From NCBI GenBank assembly GCA_043228905.1, contig JBHGNT010000007.1, positions 19,406,001 to 19,470,000 of the forward strand: a stretch of DNA of 64,000 nt, read 5' to 3'. How positions within the stretch are numbered: the stretch's first letter is position 1; every line of letters starts with the position of its first letter. The notes under the pieces were generated by a model. It saw only the letters and a program-made list of their open reading frames with translations, made no database searches and was not told where the DNA came from. Position numbers and translations under genes: made by a program. This document shows, piece after piece, positions 12,186 through 24,600 of this stretch. The stretch comes from Azolla caroliniana (Eukaryota; Plantae; Polypodiophyta).

Positions 12186-12199
12186 GACGGTGTGTGACC

Positions 12200-15100
12200 T
12201 TACACATCCGTAGGTCCCTTCGGACCCTTACCGTTTTCCTTACGGGTTGCCGTTTCTTCCTTCGTCTCTGCTACGGGTTCCCCGTCGTCTTTTTCTTCCG
12301 GATCGATCCGTACCGATCCCGAACAGGTTCCCGGTATAGTGCCGGTGTGCTGCATAAACGGGTTCTTTGGCATTGGTCCTTTATAGGGCTTTAGTCGAAA
12401 TCCATTCACCCACTTGCCTAGTACTTCCCCGGCAAGTGTCCCTATCTGATAGGATCCGTTGTATTCCCGTGTCAGCCAATACGGGCCTGTCCATCTGAAC
12501 CGGAGTTTACCCGGCATTTTGCCCATCCTCGTTTGGAATACTAAAACCGGCTTTCCGATTTTGAACATCTTTTCGTTACCTTTCCGGTGACGGTCAACGA
12601 ACGCTTTCCGTCGTCGTTGCTCCAGTTCCATGTGGAGGATGCTGGCCAGCCGTTGCTCCTCCAGTTCGCATAGTGCTGCTAGCCGCATTTCCTCCGACTT
12701 CTTTTCATTCAGCCGTTCCCGTAGTTGGATCCGTAAGCTTGGTACCTGAAACTCGACCGGCATGACCGCTTCTAAGCCGAATGCTAGCCGGAACGGCGTT
12801 GTCCGGATACTTGTTTTGTATGCCGTTCTGTACGCCCATAGCGCGCTATGGAGCTTTGTATCCCAGTCCGTCCGGTTTTCGTTGACGATTTTGCGGAGAA
12901 TGTTCTGCAGCGTTTTGTTGGTGGACTCTGCTAACCCGTTCGCCTGTGGGTAGTACGGTGTGCTTCGTTTATGGACCACGGCATAGAACGTTGTTAAGCT
13001 TTCCACTACCTGGCCAAGGAAGTGGCCTCCTTGGTCGCTGATTAATTCAATCGGACATCCATATCGGCACCAAATGTTTTCGTACAGGAATTTTGCTGTG
13101 GATGACGCGGTGTTGTCTCTCAGGGCCTTAGCTTCCACCCATTTCGTGCAATAATCCGTTGCCACGATGACATAACGATTACCTGTTCTCATTGCCGGTG
13201 GCTTGAACGGTCCGACAAAATCCAACCCCCACTTCTGGAATGGCTCTAGTGGAAGTACCGGTTGGTGTGGCATCCGTGCTTGCTCCGTAGGCTGGCCCAT
13301 TCGTTGGCATAGGTCACATTCCTTAGCATACTTGACGGCATCTTTTAGCGTCGTGGGCCACCATAAGCCGCTCTGCCATACCTTTCTTGCCGTCGCTTCC
13401 CCGGCATAGTGTCCTCCGGCAACCCCACAGTGTGCTTCCCGTAAGATTACTTCTTTCTCGTCACTACGGACTGCCCGTCTCCATATTCCATCTGCTCCTT
13501 TGTGGTAGAGAGTGTCCCGTAACAGACAGAAATTGCGGCTCTGCACCGCCAGTCGTTTCCTCTCGTCCCGGTTCATTTCCTCCGGTGGCAGGCCCGTGCT
13601 TAGGAACTGGTGCATGTTTGTCAGCCACCTATCTTCTGATGCCACCGTGTCGTCCGCTGCCGTTTCCGGGGTGATACGGAATAACTCCGCGTCCGGGAAT
13701 TCATCCGCTACTCCGTCGCCTGGTTCTCCGGACTCTAACTGGCTTAGATAGTCTGCTACGGCATGCTGGATACCGGGGCGGTGGAAGATCTCGAATTCGA
13801 ACTCCTGCAAAAGCAAGGTCCAACGGGCCAACTTACCGGTCAAGGACGCCTTGGATACTAAGTACAGGAGCGCCGAGTGATCCACATGGAAGGAGAACTT
13901 CCTTCCCAATAGGTAATGACGAAACTTTGTTACACTATAGATCATGCCCAGGGCCTCCCGTTCTGTCGTTGAATAGTTCTTCTCCGCTTGGGACAGCTTC
14001 CGGCTGGCGTAATATACCGGCCGGTACCATTTAGGCTCCGTAAGTTGCATTAAGGCGCTGCCGATAGCGATGTCGGACGCGTCAACGAACACGTGAAATT
14101 CCTTGCTCCAATCCGGAGGCTGCACGACGGGCGCTTGCGACAAAAGCACCTTCAGGGCATTGTATGCCTTATCCTCCGTATCCGTCCATTGGAACGGTGT
14201 CCAATGTACCGCGGTGTGTAATGGTGTAGCCAAATCAGCCAAGTGACGGAGCATCCGGCTGTGCCACCGGATCTGTCCTAAGAATCGGCTTAGTGCTTTG
14301 GCTGTTTTCGGTGCCGGCGCCCCTAGTATGGCGTTTACTTTGTCCGGGTCGACCGCAATGCCCTCCTTACTTACAATGTGTCCCAGCAATATTCCACTTG
14401 AAACTCCAAAGATGCATTTCGCTGGGTTTAAGCTTAGCCGGTATAACCTACACTTTTCAAGGCATAACCGTAGGTGCTGCAAATGGTCTTTTCCCCGGCT
14501 ATAGACTGCAAAATCATCCAGGAAAACTTGCATGAAGGCAGGAATGTATTCGCCGAAGATCTCCATGATGATTCGCTGGAAGGTTGCTGGTGCCGTTTTT
14601 AGGCCGAACATCATGACTTCGGCCACAAACACCCCCCATTCGGTGACGAACGCTGTCTTCTCCTGGTCGTCCGGGTGCATCCGGATTTGATTGTAACCAC
14701 TGAACCCGTCTAGAAAGCTATAAACTTCATGGCCGGCGACGGCATCCAGTACTCCGTCCGTGAACGGAAGAGGGAATGCATCCGTAATTGTGGCGGCATT
14801 TAGTTTCCTATAATCTACACACACACGGATTTTACCGTTCTTCTTGGGGACGACGACGATGGGGCTCAGCCACATCGCTTTCTTTACCGGCCGGATGAAG
14901 CCCACTCTTAGGAGTTTGTCGATTTCCTCCTTCACTTTGGCGGCGTAGTTGGGGTTCATTCGGTATCGTCTTTGCGCCACTGGTTTCGCGTCCTTGCCTA
15001 AGTGGATCTGATGCTGATATAATTGAGGGTCCAGCCCTCGCATGTCTTCGTATGACCAGGCGAATACGTCGCGAAACTCCGTGAGAAGTTTGATCATCGC

Positions 15101-16087
15101 CGCTTTATCTTCCGGCTTCATTTCTTTGTCGATGTGTTCCGGCTTTGATTCGTCCTTGCTTCCTAGGTTCACTTCGTCGAGCTGGGATGCTTTTACCCGT
15201 TGGGAAACGGCCATCTCCCGTTCCAACGCTTCCTGTGCTTGCCGTAATTCCCGAATCGCATCTTTGTCTGGTTCGGCTTCGGTGTCGTCCCGCTGCGGCA
15301 AGTATGCGGCTACGGCTTCAGCTACGTCTATCTCGAAGAGTGGTACGATCTTCGGATGTTCCTCCAAGTACTGGGCTTCTTCGTCGTCTGCCAATCCTTC
15401 AAGCATGTTCACACATTCCGCATACAGCGGTGTGCATTCCTTACCATTGCTTGTCCGTGGTTGTGTCGGAACCCGGACCTTGGCTTTTCCGCGCCGGAAG
15501 GTAATCATATTTTTCCGCCAATTTTGCTTGATGTGTGCTGTTTTCAACCATGGTCTGCCCAGCAGCAGTGGGTACGCGCCTTGCGCCTGTAGCTGCAGCA
15601 CTACAGCCGAGATGTGAAATGTGTGGCCTCCTATGGTGACTTCCAATTTCCGTATTAAGCCCGTCGGCCGTACCGAGCTCGTATCCGCCATCCGTAGCCA
15701 GAACGGGCATGGCTCCCATTCATGTATACCCAAGGCATCACACGTACGGAGGCTTATTACGTTCACCCCGGAACCTCCATCGATTACTGTGCCGGGAAGT
15801 TCGTGCCCTTTGACAATAGCTGTAATCACCGGACTGCTAGTGTCCACTACCGTCGGTCCCTCCTCCGGGTTCGAGAAGAGGACTGGTGCCGGTGGGGCTA
15901 TGCCGTCTGTCATGCCCGTTTTTAGCCCTTCCGTAAATCGCGGCACGAGCTGCAAGAGTCTTCCTAACGGCAACGTGATCTGACATTCTTGCAGTGCTTG
16001 CCATGTCTCGTTTTCTGGGTGGCTACCGCCGGCACTCCCTATGGTAGTTTGCCTTTTGCCGTTCCGCGTCCGCGACGTTCTTTTCAT
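12200..16087 (-). CDS. pol: Pol polyprotein (protease, RT, RNase H, integrase with GPY/F)
   Basis: VIDGGSGVN; FLDGFSGYNQI...VFLDDF; VDASDIAIG...DHSAL; HHCC plus GLDFVGPF...SDQG...E; WTGPY. No chromodomain or extra RNase H visible. Confidence 0.95.
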   Translation of the reverse strand: MKRTSRTRNGKRQTTIGSAGGSHPENETWQALQECQITLPLGRLLQLVPRFTEGLKTGMTDGIAPPAPVLFSNPEEGPTVVDTSSPVITAIVKGHELPGTVIDGGSGVNVISLRTCDALGIHEWEPCPFWLRMADTSSVRPTGLIRKLEVTIGGHTFHISAVVLQLQAQGAYPLLLGRPWLKTAHIKQNWRKNMITFRRGKAKVRVPTQPRTSNGKECTPLYAECVNMLEGLADDEEAQYLEEHPKIVPLFEIDVAEAVAAYLPQRDDTEAEPDKDAIRELRQAQEALEREMAVSQRVKASQLDEVNLGSKDESKPEHIDKEMKPEDKAAMIKLLTEFRDVFAWSYEDMRGLDPQLYQHQIHLGKDAKPVAQRRYRMNPNYAAKVKEEIDKLLRVGFIRPVKKAMWLSPIVVVPKKNGKIRVCVDYRKLNAATITDAFPLPFTDGVLDAVAGHEVYSFLDGFSGYNQIRMHPDDQEKTAFVTEWGVFVAEVMMFGLKTAPATFQRIIMEIFGEYIPAFMQVFLDDFAVYSRGKDHLQHLRLCLEKCRLYRLSLNPAKCIFGVSSGILLGHIVSKEGIAVDPDKVNAILGAPAPKTAKALSRFLGQIRWHSRMLRHLADLATPLHTAVHWTPFQWTDTEDKAYNALKVLLSQAPVVQPPDWSKEFHVFVDASDIAIGSALMQLTEPKWYRPVYYASRKLSQAEKNYSTTEREALGMIYSVTKFRHYLLGRKFSFHVDHSALLYLVSKASLTGKLARWTLLLQEFEFEIFHRPGIQHAVADYLSQLESGEPGDGVADEFPDAELFRITPETAADDTVASEDRWLTNMHQFLSTGLPPEEMNRDERKRLAVQSRNFCLLRDTLYHKGADGIWRRAVRSDEKEVILREAHCGVAGGHYAGEATARKVWQSGLWWPTTLKDAVKYAKECDLCQRMGQPTEQARMPHQPVLPLEPFQKWGLDFVGPFKPPAMRTGNRYVIVATDYCTKWVEAKALRDNTASSTAKFLYENIWCRYGCPIELISDQGGHFLGQVVESLTTFYAVVHKRSTPYYPQANGLAESTNKTLQNILRKIVNENRTDWDTKLHSALWAYRTAYKTSIRTTPFRLAFGLEAVMPVEFQVPSLRIQLRERLNEKKSEEMRLAALCELEEQRLASILHMELEQRRRKAFVDRHRKGNEKMFKIGKPVLVFQTRMGKMPGKLRFRWTGPYWLTREYNGSYQIGTLAGEVLGKWVNGFRLKPYKGPMPKNPFMQHTGTIPGTCSGSVRIDPEEKDDGEPVAETKEETATRKENGKGPKGPTDV

Positions 16088-16089
16088 TG

Positions 16090-18046
16090 GCTTCCTTCAC
16101 CCATTCCGTCGCCTGCTTTCGTATGGCCTCTTGTGTTTCCCACTCTTTGGCCATGCCTTTCGACCGTGTGGTTACTTGCTGTACATCCGTCACTTCCGGA
16201 ACCACCATATTAACTGTTGGTCGTTTCTCGTAGCTCTTTACCGGGCACTGGTTACTGTAGTGGCCTTCCTGCCTGCAGTAGTAGCAGTACTCTTTACGGG
16301 TATTGCTGGATTCAGCATTGCTGGTTGCCGGAGTCGGTCCCGTAGCGAGTGGTGCGTTCTGTGCCGGTTGGCTCCTTGGGGTTCCATGTTCCGGGGTCCC
16401 TAGGGTGACTTACCTTTCTTGAAATTACGTTTCTTATTATTCTTATGTTTATTTCGGTAGTCCGGTCGTGGTGGATCGTAAAATCGGCCGTATTCCTCCT
16501 GGTGCCTTCGGTAACCAGGGAATGGTCTCTGTCGTATTGCTCGTGTCGCCTGTTGGGCTCTCGATAACGGTCCGATCGCTCATACCGGTCGTAGTTATCA
16601 CGCCGATTCCCGTACCGGCCATCATTCTCTTGCCTGTCTCCGTACCGGACATCCTGTGCCGGTCGGTACCGGTTCATTTTTTTGCCAACGATCTTCATCT
16701 TCGTCTTGGCTGTTTCTTGGCTCGATCCGTCGGACGGGTGGTGCTTGTCGATTTAACAAGTTGTACTCGCACCGGTCCGTTGTATGACTCTTGGATTGAC
16801 AAATCACACACTGAGTGCGCATGGTGCACTCTACTGCCGAGTGTCCGGCATTCAAGCAGATTGTGCATTGAATTGCCTGCCGGAACCGGAGATCTTCCTC
16901 GGTGGGTAACGCCCGTTGCAGTGTTCCCAGCGTAAGCCATGAGCTTGTCTTTTCCATTTCTCTGACCCGGTCAATGACCTGGTCGATGGTGCATCCTCGA
17001 AGTCGATTACCGTACACACCGTGCGTAACGGTTTCCCGAGTCCGTTTAAAAATATCGTCCGTAATTCCTCCTCCGGAGGTGCTACGGGCAAGCTGGCTAT
17101 GCATTCGTTGGAAACGGATGACGAATTGGGGAATGCTTTCCCCTGCCTCCTGCCAGATCGTATAAAACAGGCCCACCATTGTCGTCTGGTCGACCTCCTT
17201 GTGGAAAAAATGCAAGAATTTTGCTTTAATTCTGCAAATGTTGTGATGGTCGCCGGGTCCTGCGACCGCCGCCATCGTGTCGCTGGTCCCTCCAACGTGA
17301 CTCCGAATTCCGCTATCTTCGAGCGTTCTTCTTCCTCCGGTGTCATTCGCTGGGACGTGTGATTTGCTTCCCATGTCTGCTCGAAGTCATCAACATGCGC
17401 TTCCGCATCCGGGTCATCGCGGTACTTTTGAGTATTGGAACGGCATGTCGGTCGTCCAGTATTAGGCGCGGTTTAGTGGCGTTTGTTGATATCTTCCCGG
17501 TTCTTTTTCCGGTTCCACTTCCGGTTCTTTTGCCGGTGCTTTTTCCGGTTGTTTCGCCGGTTGTTTCGTTGGTGTTGGTGGCTTTGCTTCTTCCACTTCC
17601 GGTGTTGGTGGGTTGACAGCTTCCGTTTGCGGTTCCGGATAGCCCTGATTGAGTGGTTCCGGTTCTGGAGTCGGCACGGTATCCGACCCGTCGTCTTCCG
17701 GGCCGCCGGGGGTATCGTTGCTGCTCCGGTAGTTCGTGTGCACGCTGTATCCCCCTTCGGAATCCGATTCGTAAGCTGAAAAGGCTTCTGCCTCGTTTTC
17801 TCCGCTTGCCAGCGCCTCCAGGAGTCGTTCGGTTTCCCGGAGACTACTTAGACTGCTTCCGTCGTCCTGGTCGCGAGTTTGCCCGTAACCGGAGAGATTC
17901 CTCCGCGACTCTCTGGATCTCGTTGGAGAACGAACGATCCGAGCGAATTTCCTACGCTGCTTGCTGGAAAGTCTCACGCCGTCTTGTGCCGTTCGGCGAG
18001 GCGTCGAGCTCGGTCTGTAAGCAAGGTCGTGCGTTGGTCTAGTCAT
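16090..18046 (-). pseudogene. gag: gag of element B, split by several frameshifts
   Basis: Fragments in alternating frames (SKIAEFGVTLEG, QEAGESIPQF, CTICLNAGHSAVEC, CVICQSKSHTTDRC) align to element A gag. Confidence 0.85.
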
Positions 18047-18097
18047 CCATTACCGTCGTTCGCTGCGAGAAAGCAGGAATCGTGGTCGCCAAAACTG

Positions 18098-18444
18098 TGT
18101 TATTCGCTTAGCCAGACAAGGCCTAACACAAGGTGTCACGGAGACACTTCACCAAAGGGTGATTACGGCATAGGATTAAGATTCAGCGATTACACCGACT
18201 TACGTAGGTTACACGATTAGATTGCTTTGGTTAATTACACGCGTAAGATATAACAGTGATTACAGAACGGAAATCAAGACAGAAGTATAAACACATAAGC
18301 TCTACTAATTATCCGCTGTCATTACAATGGGGTCCGGGCCTTTAAATAGGTTTCCGGCCCGTAGTACAAAACGGTGCCTCTCGCACCTATTCGGGATCCG
18401 TCCGGATCTGGAACGGCATACCGTTTCCAGTCCGTCCGTCCACA
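18098..18444 (-). repeat. 5' LTR of element B
   Basis: Adjacent to the PBS. The outer TG end is placed at 18444 and is approximate. Confidence 0.8.
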
Positions 18445-18509
18445 TTATGCTCATTTACAACCATATCTAATTAATTCCTTCACTCCGTATTTTGGACTCC
18501 GTATTTTGG

Positions 18510-19845
18510 CTACAATACTTAAATTTAAAAACTCATCCACCTAAAGAAATGGACGTGATCGACCACGACAACTCACAAAATCAACAAAAGGAAGATACAC
18601 ATACACACAACATTTTTGGACCCATGACGAAGTTCGTAAGTCGACAGAATGAGAATGTTCGTGTCGCGGAAGATTTGCTGACCAACAAAGATGGTCGAGT
18701 CAAGCACTCCGATCGAGGGAGTCGATCGTTGAAAGGACCGATGGAAGTTCCGGTCGAAGAAATATCATCATCAAGGCATGTGGGATCGATGTGCAAGGCA
18801 CTCTCCCACGGGCGTGCCATATTGTGTTACCCCGTACGAGATGTACGGAGAGTCAGTGTGATGAGCGAGGGTCGAATGTTATCATGATGTTGTTGTGTAT
18901 GTGTAGGGGACATAAATGTAATTGTGAGTCTATACGTATGTGAACACATGCACACACGTGTGCATGTGTTCACATACGTATAGACTCACAATTACATTTA
19001 TGTCCCCTACACATACACAACAACATCATGATAACATTCGACCCTCGCTCATCACACTGACTCTCCGTACATCTCGTACGGGGGTAACATTGAGGTTCAC
19101 TTGGTATTGGGCCAACTCTTAGTCGTCGAAGCTATTGTTGTAAGTTGTTCTGCTCCAAGCGCCTTTGTGAAGATATCCACAACATTTTCTTATGTTAGGC
19201 AATACTCAAGCTCCACAATCTCATCATTTATTAGCTCCCGCACATAGTGATACTGAATCTCTATGTGTTTGGTACGTGCATGAAATACGGGGGTTCTTGG
19301 AAATGACCATGCAACTCTGATTGTCACACCTCAATACCGTTGANNNNNNNNNNNNNNNNNNNNNNNNNNNNNNNNNNNNNNNNNNNNNNNNNNNNNNNNN
19401 NNNNNNNNNNNNNNNNNNNNNNNNNNNNNNNNNNNNNNNNNNNAAGAGAGATCATATAGAGAAGCATTGCGGGGTGGGGGGTGGTGCCTAGAATGGCCCC
19501 ACCCCCCTCCCAAGGGGGTTCAACGTGAAGAGAGGGAGAGAGAAAAGGTGTCAAAGAGAGAGAGATTAGAGAGAAAATGTTCATTCATATTCATTCATTC
19601 CCATAAGGGGTTAAATAGTACAAGAGGGGTAGATACATAGGGGTGTAAGCCCCCTCGAGCATTCATACTAGACACTCACTCACACCTCCTCGTATCCATC
19701 CACATGCACACACGTGTGCATGTGTTCACATACGTATAGACTCACAATTACATTTATGTCCCCTACACATACACAACAACATCATGATAACATTCGACCC
19801 TCGCTCATCACACTGACTCTCTCGTACATCTCGTACGGGGTAACA
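18510..19845. mobile_element. Small non-autonomous LTR element (tRNA-Arg PBS), rearranged around the assembly gap
   Basis: LTR ending CGTACGGGGTAACA occurs on both strands. PBS TGGCACGCCCGTGGG on minus at 18819-18805. The LTR resembles 37944-38308. Confidence 0.65.
19344..19443. other. Assembly gap (100 N)
   Basis: Run of N. Confidence 1.
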
Positions 19846-21643
19846 TTGAGTTCACTTGGTATTGGGCCAACTCTTAGTCGTCGAAGCTATGTTGTAGTTG
19901 TTCTGCTCCAAGCGCCTTTGTGAAGATATCCACAACATTTTCTTATGTTAGGCAATACTCAAGCTCCACAATCTCATCATTTATTAGCTCCCGCACATAG
20001 TGATACTGAATCTCTATGTGTTTGGTACGTGCATGAATACGGGGTTCTTGGAAATGACCATGCAACTCTGATTGTCACACCTCAATACCGTTGTCATCCT
20101 TATTGGAACTGCCACATCCATAAGGATTCTTCTTAGCCAAACTACCTCGCATGCCGCTATGCATGCTGCTTTGTATTCTGCCTCCGTTGAAGATAGTGCC
20201 ACTGTTGGTTGTTTTTTACTACTCCATGAAACAACTCTAGAGCCTAATGAAAAACAATATCCAGAAACTGATTTTCTTGAATCAGTATCTCAGCCCAATC
20301 ATAGTCGCAATACCCACTAATTTTGTCAATTGTTGGCTTGTAGAAGATTCCGTAATTTAAAGTACCCATAGTGTACTTTAATACACGCAGTGCAGCTTTC
20401 AATGAGTCTCCTTCGGTTTGTTGCTGAATCGACTCACCACATTGACTGCAAAACAGATATCCGGCCTAGTGTTGCATAGGAAAATTAAACTTCCTACTAG
20501 CTGTCTATACTTCCTTATGTCAACCATTGGTGACGGGTCTTCTTGGGATAGCTTGCAGTTTGACTCCATTGGAGTTGACTTTGACTTGCTGTCCATCATT
20601 CCAAAGGTCTTCAAGATCTCTGTTGCATACTTTCTTTGTGACATGAAGATGGCAACCGAGGTTTGCCAAACCTCAATTCCAAGGAAGTAGTGTAGAATCC
20701 CTAAGTCTGTCATTTCAAACTCAGTTTTCAAACACTCTTGTGTTTGGCCAATACACTCTTCATGGTCACTAGTAAGTACTAGATCATCCATGTAAATGAT
20801 GATGATGATTTGTTTCCCGTCCTTCATTTTGACATACATACTTGCATCCGAAGCACATTGCTTAAAGTTGATTGAACGTAAGAAGTTGTCTATCCTCTTG
20901 TTCCAAGCTCTTGGTGCTTGCTTTAGACCATACAACGCCTTCTTCAGCTTGCAAACTTTGTTTTCTGAATTCGGCATCTCAAACCTTGGTGGTTGTGTCA
21001 CGTATACCTCCTCCTTGAGATGCCCATTCAAAAATGCCGATTTCACATCCATTTGATAAATCGGCCATCCTCTTGAAGTAGCCAATGCTATGACCATTCG
21101 AATTGTTGTCATGCGAGTTGTTGGGGCAAATGTTTCTTGTACATTGAACCCTTCAATTTGGGAGTATCCTTGTGCCACTAGCCTGGCCTTGAATTTCTCC
21201 AAAGAACCATCAGCTTTATACTTTACTTTCCACACCCACTTGGTGCCTATCATCTTCCTCTTTGTTGGTCTCTCTACCAACTCCCATCTATCACTTTTCA
21301 TGATGCTATCGTATTCTCATATGATCGCCTCTTTCCACTTCGGGTCGGCCATGGCTTCCTCCACCGAGGTCGGCTCACTCTCTGAGCCTATGATGTCCAC
21401 CATCATAGCCATGTTGACAATGTGGTCAGAGGTTCTCCCTTGCTCCTGTATTCTTCTTGATCTTCGTAATCCGTCAGTTGAAGTTTCAGGAAACTCAACT
21501 TTAGGAGTACGGGCATTCAAGAGTTGTAGAGCCCACTTAGGTATTTTCTTTACATGTGGGACTGGCATAGGCTGAACTAGCGAGCCATTACCATCAGATG
21601 GTTCAGCTTCCTTTTCTAGACAGTGGGTCGGGATTGGGTGGTA
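19846..21643 (-). mobile_element. Ty1/copia RT-RNase H fragment
   Basis: [36 protein letters not shown]. Cut at 21643 by another copia. Confidence 0.92.
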
Positions 21644-24600
21644 TGTTGAGAAGCAAGCTCAACAAAGCTATGTGATGCTTATTCAGAAATAAGCTATAAT
21701 AGCTATTAGCTAATTAGCTAATTAGCTACTAGTGGACATAAAGGTGAAACAACTATTTAGCTATGCACAACTATTTAGCTACAGATAGCTAATTAGCTAC
21801 AGACAGCTAATTAACTACTGGGAGCTAATTATCTGCATATATAAGTCACGTTAAAAAGTAAGTAGAAAAGTAGAAGTAGTAAGTTGTAGAAGAGTGAGTA
21901 GTGCAGAGGTTAAGAACAGAAAACAGAAAACAAACAAGAGCGAGTTGAGCTCTGCGTGTAATGAAGTAGAAGCTTTTTGGACTGTGCAAAGGTAAGTCTC
22001 CTTCCCCTTCCCCTTTCTGCCTTGAGCACTGAACGATCCAGCACACCACGATCTGTTGTGCACACAGAAGAGCTGAAGCGCCTTCGTAATATGGTATCAG
22101 AGCAGAGTTGCTCATAAAGAGGATTAGAACAGTACAGATTTGAGAAAGGTTGTTTCTCTGCTTGCTGATCTGAATCAGAGAGAGTTGTCTGTGAAGTTAA
22201 CCCCAGTTGAAAGAGAAAATGGCTATAGAGAATGCAAGCCAAATAGTCACAGAAAAACTGGATAAAAACAATTTCCCACCGTGGAAATTCAGAATGACAA
22301 AGTTATGGGGAAAGGATACTGGGATTATATTGAAGGAGACCTAGAAGAGGCTCCAGAGATCCTAGAAGAAAATGCAACTGCTGCACAGATTAAAGCATTT
22401 AAAAAATGGAACCAAGGGGTAAGAAAGGTATTGCATTGGTTGTCCCTTAGCATCTCAGATTCGATGTTTGGACACATACAGGATGTTATGTTTCCAAAAG
22501 AAGCTTGGGACAGTTTAGTAAAACTATTTGCAGTGAATACAAAGGCAAGAAAGCTTCAGTTGAAGATTGAGCTAAATACCTTGGAAAAAGGTAAGATGTC
22601 AGTAAATGAGTATGATCTGAAAATAAAGAGCATATGTGAATCACTTGCTTCTATTAATGAAGATAGAAGATGATGATAAGGTGGAAATATGCTTAAGAGG
22701 CTTAGGACCTCAATACAAGAGTTTCAAAACATCTATTCTCACAAGGGATAGTATCCCAAGTTTTCTAGATCTGGTTTTAATGCTTGTAGTAGAAGAAAGA
22801 AATCAAATGGATGATGTAAACAAAGGAAACTCAGAGATCGAGGGGCAAGCCCTCTAGAATAGTGCTGGAAGAGGTCGAGGAAGAGGCCATGGAAGATTTG
22901 GTTCAGCTAGAACCAACAATAATTATCAAGGAAAAGGACAACAAGCCATTAGTGGAAGAAACAACATTAGAGGCAGAGGGAGCAATCAAGGTAGAGGTAA
23001 GAAAACCTATTTGAATGATGATGGTTGTTGGCATTGTGGAAAACCAGGCCACACACAGGCTGAATGCTATAAAAAGCAAAATGATGAGAAAAGAGGGAAG
23101 AGACAGCAAAATAATTATGCTTCAACTAGTGAAGATTGTGATAAAGATTGTGCATTTGTGATGCAACATGAAACTGCAGCAGTGGCTGAATGTTGACAGA
23201 GATGTAATGAAGAGTTTATGTGGTATGTAGATTCTAGGGCATCTAATCATATGACAGGACCTTAAAAACTGGTTTGAAAGTCTAAGAGAACTAGAGGTTC
23301 CTGGTTATGTACAAATAGGTGATAATACTACTCACCAAATAGAGCATGTTGGAGATATCCCATTGTGGGAAGAAAAAGGGAAATCAAAGTATATGTTGAA
23401 TGTTATGCATGTTCCAAACCTTGCAAAAAATCTGATTTCTGTTGGACAGATAGTAGAGCAAGGAATGCAAGTGAAGTTTAAGCAAAGTGGATGCTTCAAA
23501 GAGAAAAATGGAAAGCTCATTGCAAAAGGAAAACGAGAAGGAAGGATGTTTGTGTTAGATGTGGATATGCCTAGGAAGATTACAACCATGTTTACAGAAG
23601 GTATGAGTGTAATCTCGGAAGTGGAAATGTGGCATAAAAGAATTAGTCACATAAGTATGTAAACATTGAAAAATATGTTGAGGAAAGATGTAGTGGTTGG
23701 ACTGCCTAAGTTGAAAGACTGTGAGATGGGAAAAATATGTGCAACATGTCAATATGGAAAGCAAAACAGGATGCCTTTTCCTCATGAAAGACATGTAAGC
23801 AAACATTTGTTGGATTTGGTACATACAAATGTATGGGGACCAACAAAAAATGCATCAATTAGTGGATGTAAGTTTTATGTAACTTTCACTGATGATTGCT
23901 CAAGGAAAACATGGGTTTACTTTATGAAAGAAAAAGTGAAGTATTTGATTGCTTTCGTAAGTTTAAATGTATGGTGGAAAAGCAGGCTCGAACTAGAATA
24001 AAATGCCTAAGATCTGATGGAGGAGGAGAATACTTCTCAAATGAGTTTCCTGAGTTTCTATGTAATCAAGGGATAAGGAGACAGTTTACATGTAGATATA
24101 CTCCACAGCAAAATGGAGTTGCTGAGAGAAAAAAAAAAACCTTGGTGAACATAGCAAGGGCATTAATGACAGAGAAAAATATGCCATTGTATTACTGGGC
24201 AGAAGCTGTAAACACAACAAACTACATTCTAAATAGGTGTATAACATCTGGAGTATATGAGGTAACTCTTGAAGAATGTTTCTATGGAAGGAAACTTAGC
24301 TTAGGACACTTGAAAGTGTTTGGATACCTTGCCTATGTCCATGTACCTACTGAGGTGAGAAGTAAGCTTGATCCAAAAGTTGAAAAATGTATTTTTGTTG
24401 GATATTCAGAGGAGCAAAAAGGGTATAGATGCTATAACCCTTTGACAAAAAAGATTGTGGTAAGTTGGGATGTAATATTTGATGAGTTGGGCAGCTGGTA
24501 CAACCCAAAACAAAATGTAGAAACTGATGAAGACTATGAAAATGAAGACAGGGATAAATTTGAAAATATAAGAGATAACCACAGAGATGGAAGCCATGTT

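Larger units (their letters stand above)
8855..18444 (-). mobile_element. Near full-length young Ty3/gypsy element B (non-chromoviral, Athila/Tat/Phygy-Selgy-like): LTR-gag-pol-extra ORF-LTR
   Basis: LTRs 18098-~18444 and 8855-9161 show 3 visible mismatches over ~307 shared bp. PBS TGGCGACCAC at 18091-18082. Domain order PR-RT-RH-INT. Confidence 0.93.
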
